IMG/VR virus record: IMGVR_UViG_3300025018_000135
Length of the DNA stretch: 20,000 nt
From: an uncultured virus (IMG/VR IMGVR_UViG_3300025018_000135)
Lineage: Duplodnaviria > Heunggongvirae > Uroviricota > Caudoviricetes
Strand: one strand, 5' to 3'
Each line of letters opens with the position of its first letter. Position 1 is the stretch's first letter. Shown here in pieces: positions 1 through 7,224 of this stretch. Position numbers and translations under genes: made by a program. The notes beneath the pieces were generated by a model. The model was not told the origin of the DNA. It made no database searches and worked only from the letters and a program-made list of their open reading frames with translations.

Positions 1-134
1 AATTCAACAGGGTAACTTATGAAAAAATTAGAAAGAAAATAGAAGCTAGACTAGAAAATATAATTCCTAAGAGTGAAGTAACAGTAAAGCAACATAGTGT
101 TCCAGCAGGATCAAAAAGAAAAGAAAAGAAATAG
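1..134 (+). CDS. 3' end of a hypothetical protein (partial)
   Basis: Frame from position 3 is open (FNRVTYEKIRKKIEARLENIIPKSEVTVKQHSVPAGSKRKEKK) to TAG at 132-134, followed directly by a terminator. Confidence 0.7.
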   Translation, partial: FNRVTYEKIRKKIEARLENIIPKSEVTVKQHSVPAGSKRKEKK

Positions 135-137
135 TTA

Positions 138-170
138 AAGGCCGCATTGTTAATTCAGTGCGGCTTTTTT
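138..170 (+). terminator. Rho-independent terminator
   Basis: GCCGCA(141-146)...TGCGGC(159-164) stem followed by T6, just after the TAG. Confidence 0.85.
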
Positions 171-451
171 ATTGCCTGAATTTCAGGCCCTTGGCAGGCG
201 TGGCCAGAGGCCCGGACACGCCAGAATTGGTCAAAAAATGACCAATTCTAGAAGGCCCCGTAAGCCTCTAGGAGGCGGTTTAGGGTATGGGGAGCTAGTA
301 GGGTACAGGGTAGGCACCAATCAGGCCCATTCTGGGCCGTCTGGTGTCTTGGCGGGGTGTCTGGGGAAGGGGTTTCTAGGTCACGTAGTTTGGGGAGGTG
401 TCTTGTAGCAGAGGCACAAAACACCACGAGGCGGGGGCAAACGCTAGGCAC
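171..451. other. GC-rich non-coding locus with multiple inverted and direct repeats between convergent terminators
   Basis: Inverted repeats at 174-188, 197-222, 223-249, 264-276, 312-349 and 397-425; GGTGTCT x3; AGGCACAAAA x2; much more GC-rich than flanking genes. Confidence 0.6.
223..249. promoter_or_regulatory. Perfect 11-bp inverted repeat, candidate protein-binding site
   Basis: AGAATTGGTCA-AAAAA-TGACCAATTCT; the 17-bp core recurs exactly at 18569-18585. Confidence 0.5.
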
Positions 452-476
452 AAAAAAGGCGGGAATTTCCCGCCTT
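452..476 (-). terminator. Rho-independent terminator (possibly bidirectional)
   Basis: Minus strand GGCGGG-AAATT-CCCGCC-TTTTTT directly after the tmk stop codon. Confidence 0.85.
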
Positions 477-486
477 GGTTTTTGCG

Positions 487-1128
487 TTATTTTTTTGACA
501 AAATAATTTTCAACATTTCTTTTGCAATTTCGCTTGTTGTTAATTTTCCAGAATCAAAATTATGAATACGAACCCCAGACTGGTTAGGGATATATTCACT
601 GCGATCTCTTATAATAGAGTCTAGTTTTGCGTACTCCCTTCTAACGGCATAAACATAATCGGAATTTATTTCCATTACGTCCCTGTTTTTTTCTGAAAGT
701 CTTTTATCTAAAGTTTCATTGTCTGTGTGTAAAAGGAAAAGAAAGTCTGGAGCAGGACAATCAAGAACAATACTTCTAACAACCTGTGCAAGAAAACCTA
801 CACGGTTAACGTTCAATGCAAGGATTTGATGAATTAGCGTAGAGTAGTAGTAACGATCCGCAATGTAGATAACACTTTTCGCGTCAAAAGCTCGTCCATC
901 TGTTTGAATAAAAAAGTCTGCCGCGAATAAACAGAGTTCCTGAAACTTTGAAAGCCTTGTAGTTCTATGTAATAAAGTTGTTCTAATTTTCTCTACCTTT
1001 GGAAAAGAAAGTAAAAAAGTTAAGTATGGGTTTTGTAGAGTCAGATTGTTCTCGATAATAAGTCTTTCTAATTCTTGCTGTACAGAAGTTTTTCCTGAAC
1101 CGTCAGGGCCTTCGATTACTACAAACAT
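487..1128 (-). CDS. tmk: Thymidylate (dTMP) kinase
   Basis: N-terminal P-loop IEGPDGSGKTS, DRYYYS motif, PDFLFLL motif, 213 aa. Confidence 0.92.
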   Translation of the reverse strand: MFVVIEGPDGSGKTSVQQELERLIIENNLTLQNPYLTFLLSFPKVEKIRTTLLHRTTRLSKFQELCLFAADFFIQTDGRAFDAKSVIYIADRYYYSTLIHQILALNVNRVGFLAQVVRSIVLDCPAPDFLFLLHTDNETLDKRLSEKNRDVMEINSDYVYAVRREYAKLDSIIRDRSEYIPNQSGVRIHNFDSGKLTTSEIAKEMLKIILSKK

Positions 1129-1138
1129 TCTTTTCTCC

Positions 1139-2176
1139 TTATGCTGAAATTTTTTGTTTGAGCTTTTGTAAGAAACGCTCGCCTTTTTCGTGACTCACGC
1201 CCAAGTAGTCCAAACAATGGTTAGTATAGGTTTTAAAATCTCGACAGTTATCCCTATAGTCGTCGTTAGTCCCTTTAGTTATTTTATTTTGTTGAAGGTA
1301 CTCTGTAAACTTTTCATCGTAGTCTAACATAAGTCTAAGCAAGTACTGACGTTTTCCCGAGAAAGACCTCAATAGTTGTTTGACTGTTATAACATCATCC
1401 AAGTCTTCTTCGTTGTTTTGAAGATTACACTGCATAAATTCTGAACAAACATCATCCTTAACTGCAAAAGTCAAAGGTACTGACTTATTTGTAAATCCAC
1501 TTTCATTTTTAATCAGCTTGCTTCTATTAGGCCCTGAATAAAACTCCATCAGGTTAACGCCACGGTTATGAATAGTTCTCTTGGTAATGTTAAAACAATG
1601 GTCGAAGGTTTTGAATCTTGGATACGTGAACATTATGGAGTGTATCGCAGCCTCTTTTACTTCGTTAACCAAATCCATAGCTTCTATTCCTTGTGTCCTT
1701 ATAATAAAAGCCATTTTTCTATTAACAAACTTTTTTGTAAACGAGTCTGACTTCTTCAAAGCATATACAACTACTTTTTCAAAGTCAGGAATCGTCAATG
1801 CTGGGTATTTCTTCTTTATTAATTTATCAAAGTCTGTAGTCAAAGCACCGGCAAGGCTAAGAAGTTCTATGTCTTCGTCTGCTATGTTAAACATTTCAGC
1901 ATAGTGTATTCTATTCTTTCGTACTAGACCATTTGCTACAACATAGTAATACCAAAGCTTAACATTTTTAAGCAAGTAACCTTCTGATAGTATTGCTCGT
2001 TGAATATCCACTACACGATCAAAGTCCCCCAAAGTCTTTTTAAGAAAGCGTTTATACTTTGTTGCATCAATGAATTTGAAAATATACCTAAGAGTTTCGA
2101 TAGTTATTTCTTTTGACTGTGCTCTGGTAAGACTAAGTTTGAATCTTTCTGTTAGTATCTCTTCTATGTAGTTCAC
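1139..2176 (-). CDS. Putative divergent sigma70-family/ECF-like sigma factor with N-terminal extension
   Basis: Region-2-like FEKVV...DLVNE...TIHNRGVNLM and region-4-like VKQLLRSFSGKRQYLLRL...YLGVSHEKGERFLQKLKQKI. Likely start is GTG at 2176 (GAGG 8 nt upstream, just after the upstream stop) rather than 2320. CDS is confident; function is tentative. Confidence 0.55.
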   Translation of the reverse strand: MNYIEEILTERFKLSLTRAQSKEITIETLRYIFKFIDATKYKRFLKKTLGDFDRVVDIQRAILSEGYLLKNVKLWYYYVVANGLVRKNRIHYAEMFNIADEDIELLSLAGALTTDFDKLIKKKYPALTIPDFEKVVVYALKKSDSFTKKFVNRKMAFIIRTQGIEAMDLVNEVKEAAIHSIMFTYPRFKTFDHCFNITKRTIHNRGVNLMEFYSGPNRSKLIKNESGFTNKSVPLTFAVKDDVCSEFMQCNLQNNEEDLDDVITVKQLLRSFSGKRQYLLRLMLDYDEKFTEYLQQNKITKGTNDDYRDNCRDFKTYTNHCLDYLGVSHEKGERFLQKLKQKISA

Positions 2177-2186
2177 TAACACATCC

Positions 2187-2975
2187 TCACTCTGAATGGA
2201 AAGACATACCAGACTTCTTGAATCTCGATTTGTTTCTTGGAATGTCTTCGAGTCTTGTGATTGGTTTAAAGCTCTTAACTTTCTTAGACTTCCTTTTCTC
2301 TTTCTTCTGTGATTTATCAAACCATTCCTTTGGTGCGCAGTCTAAAGTTGGCGGTTCATAATCAAAGTCTGTTTTCTTTTCTTCAAATTTTGGTAAGGAA
2401 CCGTCTGCTCCTATCAACTCTCCTATTGGAAGTTTGCTAAGATATTTCTTATCAGTGTTTGGCATTACTAGTCTTCCTTTGTCCATCAAAGACTTCTTTT
2501 TCTTCTTAAAGTCTTTTGAGCTATAAAGGGAGTCTGCTATGAACTGTCCTACTGTGCTGTGATTGTCCTTGTTCAAACGTGCAGTGACAATAAGTGTATT
2601 ATTTTCTGTATTTACTCCGATTACGTATCCTTTAAAATAATGAGAAAGGTAGTCTCTTCCCAAAGTAAAATAAACCCGTTGACCAAAATAAAAACCAAAG
2701 TTTTTAAGATGGTTTGCAGTTTTCGTCAAAGTGAAAGCTAGAATCCTAAGTTGAGCTGGACGCAAAGAAGATACAACCTTTGCAATGTCATTAACTTTCT
2801 CAGGGGTCTTGTTAGAACTGAGACGGTAGTAGTCAGGGTGAAAACAATCAGGTGCGTTTGTTTTCTTACTGACTCCGAGCTTGCAACAAACGTCTTCAAA
2901 CTTGGATATTTTTGTGTAGTGCAAACAATCACCACATTTCATTCCAATTCTGAGCTTGCGTGTTGTTGATTTCAT
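2187..2975 (-). CDS. Hypothetical protein with N-terminal Cys/His cluster and Lys-rich C-terminus
   Basis: 262-aa ORF; CGDCLH...CC...C; ATGA overlap with the upstream HNH gene. Confidence 0.8.
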   Translation of the reverse strand: MKSTTRKLRIGMKCGDCLHYTKISKFEDVCCKLGVSKKTNAPDCFHPDYYRLSSNKTPEKVNDIAKVVSSLRPAQLRILAFTLTKTANHLKNFGFYFGQRVYFTLGRDYLSHYFKGYVIGVNTENNTLIVTARLNKDNHSTVGQFIADSLYSSKDFKKKKKSLMDKGRLVMPNTDKKYLSKLPIGELIGADGSLPKFEEKKTDFDYEPPTLDCAPKEWFDKSQKKEKRKSKKVKSFKPITRLEDIPRNKSRFKKSGMSFHSE

Positions 2976-3433
2976 TCTTCCTCCTTAAAATGTCTTTTGT
3001 ATAGTTGTTCGATTCCGTGGACTATTACTTTTTGTTGTGACATTTTGAAATACTTAGCCAAGCGTACTAACTTCTTGTGAACTTTCCCTGTAAAAAATCC
3101 AGAATAAACGAATCTTTTATTTTCATTGTTTATGTTCTCCAGTGATAATCTTGAATTTACTACAATAGTTGCCAAGTACAGACAGCGTTCCCTGCTTATG
3201 TGATCCGTATAATTCAGGTTAATAAATTTCTTTGCGTATAAAGCGTCTGCCGTATCGTGTACATTTGTATGGCAGTCCGTACAGATAGAAACAGTAGGCC
3301 CTTTTTCGCCACCGTAGCATCTGGGAACAATATGATGATGTTCTACATTAACTTTTTTAAAGTTAGCTGTACACACCCAACACTCTTCTGACTTAATTGT
3401 TTCGATTATTGGAAAACCTAAAGGACGTTTCAT
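2972..3433 (-). CDS. HNH endonuclease-family protein with possible C-terminal ribbon-helix-helix domain
   Basis: CWVC...EHHHIVPRCYGG...ICTDCHTNVH zinc-binding HNH pattern. Confidence 0.8.
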   Translation of the reverse strand: MKRPLGFPIIETIKSEECWVCTANFKKVNVEHHHIVPRCYGGEKGPTVSICTDCHTNVHDTADALYAKKFINLNYTDHISRERCLYLATIVVNSRLSLENINNENKRFVYSGFFTGKVHKKLVRLAKYFKMSQQKVIVHGIEQLYKRHFKEEE

Positions 3434-3452
3434 ATCGCGCCTAATGCGTTAT

Positions 3453-3499
3453 GAAAAAGAAAGGAAAAGGTAGACTGATTTTACACAGTCTACCTTTTC
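3453..3499 (-). terminator. Rho-independent terminator
   Basis: 14-bp perfect stem GAAAAGGTAGACTG(3464-3477)/CAGTCTACCTTTTC(3486-3499) with a T-rich tail on the minus strand, after the histone-like gene. Confidence 0.75.
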
Positions 3500-3518
3500 G
3501 TTTGCGACCACAAAAAAC

Positions 3519-3899
3519 TTAGCCTTGTGCTGCGGCCTTAACAGCAGCAACTGCACGATCAAGAGCTTTAAGAGCTTTCGTAAGTGCAGCATTACTAGTT
3601 GCGGCAACTTCCGTTTTCTTAGAACTCTTTTGTGCTTTAGGCTTTTCAGTTTTTTGTGCTTTGGCGGGACGACCACGTTTGCTAGTTTTTTCTGCCTTAG
3701 CAGTTTCCACTTTTTGCTTGCGTGATTTTTTTGCAGGTACTTGCGTGTCTTCAGATTTAGCAGGACGGCCACGCTTTTTTGGCGCTTCTTTCACTGCTTT
3801 TTCCTTTTTAGCTTTAGCCGGACGGCCTTTGGTTTTTTTCTCTACAGTCTCTTCAGACTTTTTAGGACGACCACGGCCTTGCTTTTTAACTTTAGCCAT
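3519..3899 (-). CDS. Lys/Ala-rich histone H1-like DNA-binding protein with AT-hook-like motifs
   Basis: GRGRP, KGRP and KRGRP x2; very basic; amphipathic C-terminal helix; GAGGA RBS upstream. Confidence 0.8.
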   Translation of the reverse strand: MAKVKKQGRGRPKKSEETVEKKTKGRPAKAKKEKAVKEAPKKRGRPAKSEDTQVPAKKSRKQKVETAKAEKTSKRGRPAKAQKTEKPKAQKSSKKTEVAATSNAALTKALKALDRAVAAVKAAAQG

Positions 3900-3982
3900 T
3901 TTACTTTTCCTCTAGGGAAGTTAAGAAACGCCAACATACTCTGCCAGCAAAGAGCCACATTTTTATAAACGTGGAAAACTTT

Positions 3983-4498
3983 TTATTCCAAACCTTCTCT
4001 GCTAGACAAAGGTGTGAAAATTTTATCATCAGTTGATTGAATCTCTTCTCCGTACAATCTGATAATTTTATTTTTGTAATTCATCTCAAAATTATCAATT
4101 ACCTGATTAACCCACCATCTGTATTTGGGGCGCTTCCAAGGAGGCAGGTTATAAACTAAAGTAATGTGTGGAACGTAGTTTTCAGACAAAGGCATTGCGT
4201 TATATTGTTTAATTATTTCTTGTCTTCTGTTATGTAATGTAGGGGCATCAAGAGTAATTACTAAAGAATTAATTCCGTAGTAATCATCATACCAGATAGA
4301 GGCCCCTGTTATTACAGTGTTGTGCATTTTGTTTTCAGGAACGAAGTTTTCGATTGATGTCTTTGAATATAGCAGGGTTACCCTGAAGTCTTCTGCCTTA
4401 ACAGGATTGTTAAAAGGGCACTGACTTACTATATTTGCCAAAGAGACTCTATCTGATTCTACAAGCTTCAAAGAAACTCGATTATTTTTGTGAATCAT
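3983..4498 (-). CDS. acb1: 2H phosphoesterase, T4 57B/Acb1-like, with first HxT motif changed to RxT
   Basis: NPV...FRVTLLYSK, SLVITLD and YVPHITLVYN parallel the T4 57B blocks NPV...IHSTICYSR, TLVLVLD and YTPHITLSYN (recalled). Start ATG 4498 with AGGTGA RBS. Confidence 0.75.
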   Translation of the reverse strand: MIHKNNRVSLKLVESDRVSLANIVSQCPFNNPVKAEDFRVTLLYSKTSIENFVPENKMHNTVITGASIWYDDYYGINSLVITLDAPTLHNRRQEIIKQYNAMPLSENYVPHITLVYNLPPWKRPKYRWWVNQVIDNFEMNYKNKIIRLYGEEIQSTDDKIFTPLSSREGLE

Positions 4499-4502
4499 AT
4501 TA

Positions 4503-5519
4503 TCACCTGTTGAAAGCAAAACTCCAATCTCTAACATTGAAGTGTTTGTTCTTTCTGTTTACTGCGGAAATTTTCTTTTCCTCTACTAGCCAGTACCATT
4601 TGAATCCGTGCTGACTCGGGACTTTTTGCTTGCTAACATTGATTAGTTTTTTCCCAAGCTTTTGTTCTATTGCGGAAATAACTTCCTCAATGTCAGGCAT
4701 ATCTTCTTTATCTTTTACGTACTGTAATACCTTTTTCCTTTTGTTCTCTTCATCCCTTACTTTTGTCCAGCTACGTTGGGCAAGAACATTAGTATTTTCT
4801 CCAACTACGAGCTGATCCATTAGTACAACGTAATTTCCTACTTTCCTTGTTTTAAACCCGGCGGTCTGTAGTTCTTCTTCTGACAGTATATTTGCTAAAA
4901 TTGGAATAATTGGAAAACGTTTAATAATGAAAGGTTTCTTCTTATCTTCCGCCGTAGGTAATTGAACTGCAAACTTTTGCAGGTCTTTAATTAAAGGAGC
5001 AGATTCTTTTAGTATTTCATCTAACGGCTTACTTCCTGATAGTACCTTCACATCAGTATCCTCTTTTTCATTAGGGGCGGTGTCCTGCTGTTCCGAAGAA
5101 GCCACCACTTCTAATTTAGATTCTCTCTTTTCCAGCACTTTGCTAGATACCGATGAAATTAGCTTATTTATTTTAACACAACGAGATTCTTGTTTTTCGC
5201 TAAACTGACGTAAATCCTTTTTTGTGAGTTCATGTGACTCCACATGGTCAATCATTGAAGTACAATGATTTCTCATAATTTTAAATCCTTTTTTAATTCT
5301 GGCGATTTCGTCAAAACGATAAGCACCAAAAGCATCCTTATAGTATTCAGAAGCACTATCTATTAATTCTATAATTTGGGTAAAAGAGTTTATCATGGCA
5401 GGGGCAGAGGTTAATGTAGCTGCCACTCTTTTACTCATTGTAAGAATAGAGAAAATAGAAGATTGGATAAATAGCTGGGCGTCACTTGTTTTTTGAAGAG
5501 TTTCGTTTGCGGTCTGCAT
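4503..5519 (-). CDS. Hypothetical protein
   Basis: 338-aa ORF in operon context; helical N-terminal half; no motif recognised. Confidence 0.8.
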   Translation of the reverse strand: MQTANETLQKTSDAQLFIQSSIFSILTMSKRVAATLTSAPAMINSFTQIIELIDSASEYYKDAFGAYRFDEIARIKKGFKIMRNHCTSMIDHVESHELTKKDLRQFSEKQESRCVKINKLISSVSSKVLEKRESKLEVVASSEQQDTAPNEKEDTDVKVLSGSKPLDEILKESAPLIKDLQKFAVQLPTAEDKKKPFIIKRFPIIPILANILSEEELQTAGFKTRKVGNYVVLMDQLVVGENTNVLAQRSWTKVRDEENKRKKVLQYVKDKEDMPDIEEVISAIEQKLGKKLINVSKQKVPSQHGFKWYWLVEEKKISAVNRKNKHFNVRDWSFAFNR

Positions 5520-5688
5520 TTTTAATTTTCCTTAGAGTTCGTCTACGTAGTTCTCTAAAACCCATTTCAGTATAAGACTGACCAATTTCAGGGTGGTATA
5601 GTCTCAGTGCAGATTCATCTTTGAAGTTCAAAGATATTGAAAAAATAACACGTTCAATTTCCGTATTTAATTTTCTGCGTATATTCAT
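5482..5688 (-). CDS. Hypothetical protein, first gene after the promoter
   Basis: ATG 5688 with AAGAGGG RBS; 68 aa; overlaps the next gene by 38 nt. Confidence 0.6.
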   Translation of the reverse strand: MNIRRKLNTEIERVIFSISLNFKDESALRLYHPEIGQSYTEMGFRELRRRTLRKIKNADRKRNSSKNK

Positions 5689-5713
5689 AGTCCCTCTTAT
5701 GTCTGTTTTTTGC

Positions 5714-5734
5714 GGCCACAGAGTCCCCGGCAGT
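5714..5734 (-). promoter_or_regulatory. Conserved 21-nt promoter-proximal leader element, copy 1
   Basis: ACTGCCGGGGACTCTGTGGCC; 19/21 identical to 18489-18509; starts 15 nt after the -10 hexamer. Confidence 0.65.
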
Positions 5735-5749
5735 AGAGGCTGCGCCGCC

Positions 5750-5777
5750 ATGATAGCGGCCGCAGCCTTGGAGTCAA
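5750..5777 (-). promoter_or_regulatory. Sigma70-type promoter
   Basis: TTGACT(5777-5772)-N16-TATCAT(5755-5750) followed by a GC-rich discriminator GGCGGCG; intergenic. Confidence 0.7.
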
Positions 5778-5814
5778 GGGGGCCGCTAAGTGCTTGTCTG
5801 GTCTAGGTCTTGGC

Positions 5815-7224
5815 TTACTTAGCCAAGGAGTCTAAGGTGGACAACACATAGGCGGCAGGCTTTTTGTAACGGCCAGTTAATGTCTTTTTCTTTTCTTGTA
5901 AGTCTTTAATTGTCTGTACAAGTTTAGCGTCTTCCATAGAAGAAAGACGATACACTTTTAGATCAGTAATAATTGCGGCTTCTTCCTCAGTTATTTTTAA
6001 CAGACTTGAAATTCTTTTGTTCAAATCTTTTAACGACGGATGTTTTTCTTTCAGTGCTTTTACCACAGTGTCTAAATTAGCAACTGCCAGTCTCAGTATT
6101 TCATGATAATGAATTCTATCCTCTGTATTCTTTAACCAGTACTGGCAGGCTTTCTTTTCTATTTCCAATCTGTATTCATACCAGTCTTTGAGAATTTCTA
6201 CTACAGTAGTTCTCCGCAGTTTAACTTCTACAGTATCCTTAACTACTTTTCTGTCCGTAATTAAAATACTAAAACTAGTAGCTGAGGAAAGTGCTGTTTG
6301 TACTTTATTTACAACTTCCTCAAAATTTGCTTTTAGTGCAGGTTTGACTTCGATAAAAAGCTTACCACTTTTTTCTTCAGGCGAGGAAGCGTCACGGGCA
6401 GATTTTAGTTCTTTCATACCCACTACTTTTTCCAGAGCCTTTTCCATACAGTTCTGGGGAAACCCTAGAACAGTAATTGTTCCTTTCTTTTCATCCAACT
6501 TATAAACAGGTTTAAAAACAATTCTGCCCTTACCTGTTTTCATAATCGAGAGTATTTGTTCCTTCTGAGACTTGGCATCGTAGTCAGCCCCATACTTCGT
6601 TACGAACTTTAGTTTAGAGGCACAAAGTTTTGGTGTAATTTCTGCGCCGTTAAACACTTCCTTCAGTAAAGAAATAACAGATGGCATAGAGAATGCTGGA
6701 ATTTCCGTAGATGCCCCTACTCCAATACCAGAAGTTCCGTTCAAAAGGATATTTGGAAGTAGTGCAGGCAGCAAACAAGGTTCAGATTCTTCGCCGTCGA
6801 AGTTGGGAACGTATTCAATTGTGTTCAAATAAAACGGATCGAAAAAAACTTTCTCTGAATATTTTGAAAGCTTTGCGTTTGTATAACGTTGTGCGGCAAA
6901 AGCAGGATCAGCAAAATTACCAAAGTTACCAACTCCAAAAAAAGTAGGTGTCGGAGAGTTTGCCATATTAACAAGTGCTTCGTATGCAGCGCTGTCTCCG
7001 TGTGGATGATACTTACCAATTGTGTCACCGATAATTCTCGCGCACTTTTTTACTGAAGTTAGTTTCATTTCATACGTCGCCCAAAGAAGGCGCCGCGCAA
7101 CAGGTTTTAGTCCATCAATACCAGAAGGTATCGCACGGTCTTCGTTAACGCTAATACCATAAATTAAATACTCTTTTTCTGCGAAAGCATCAAGCCGAAC
7201 GTCCTTTTGAATTTCGGTATACAT
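5815..7224 (-). CDS. gyrA: Type IIA DNA topoisomerase subunit A (GyrA/ParC-like), lacking the C-terminal pinwheel
   Basis: DRAIP..IDGLKPVARR, GKYHPHGDSAAYEAL, active-site AAQRYT, LPNILLNGTSGIGVG; 469 aa. gyrA versus parC cannot be resolved by eye. Confidence 0.93.
   Translation of the reverse strand: MYTEIQKDVRLDAFAEKEYLIYGISVNEDRAIPSGIDGLKPVARRLLWATYEMKLTSVKKCARIIGDTIGKYHPHGDSAAYEALVNMANSPTPTFFGVGNFGNFADPAFAAQRYTNAKLSKYSEKVFFDPFYLNTIEYVPNFDGEESEPCLLPALLPNILLNGTSGIGVGASTEIPAFSMPSVISLLKEVFNGAEITPKLCASKLKFVTKYGADYDAKSQKEQILSIMKTGKGRIVFKPVYKLDEKKGTITVLGFPQNCMEKALEKVVGMKELKSARDASSPEEKSGKLFIEVKPALKANFEEVVNKVQTALSSATSFSILITDRKVVKDTVEVKLRRTTVVEILKDWYEYRLEIEKKACQYWLKNTEDRIHYHEILRLAVANLDTVVKALKEKHPSLKDLNKRISSLLKITEEEAAIITDLKVYRLSSMEDAKLVQTIKDLQEKKKTLTGRYKKPAAYVLSTLDSLAK

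Noticed and set aside
191..205. Third copy of the 21-nt leader element
   Set aside because: Only GTGGCC matches, and no promoter is positioned upstream.
172..451. ORFs 172..408 (+) and 248..451 (-)
   Set aside because: Non-ATG starts, no RBS, G/P/R-biased translations that reflect the GC-rich repeats, and both start just downstream of terminators.
2177..2320. Extended N-termini from the ORF track (also 4537, 5751, 12501, 13429, 13773, 15385, 16159, 18174, 18481, 19410)
   Set aside because: These overlap upstream genes, promoters or hairpins, or lack an RBS; downstream starts have clear Shine-Dalgarno sequences.
3449..3772. Alternative-frame ORFs over the histone-like genes (also 15730..16071 and 15418..15621)
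   Set aside because: Stop-poor frames produced by low-complexity repeats; 3449..3772 also runs through a terminator.
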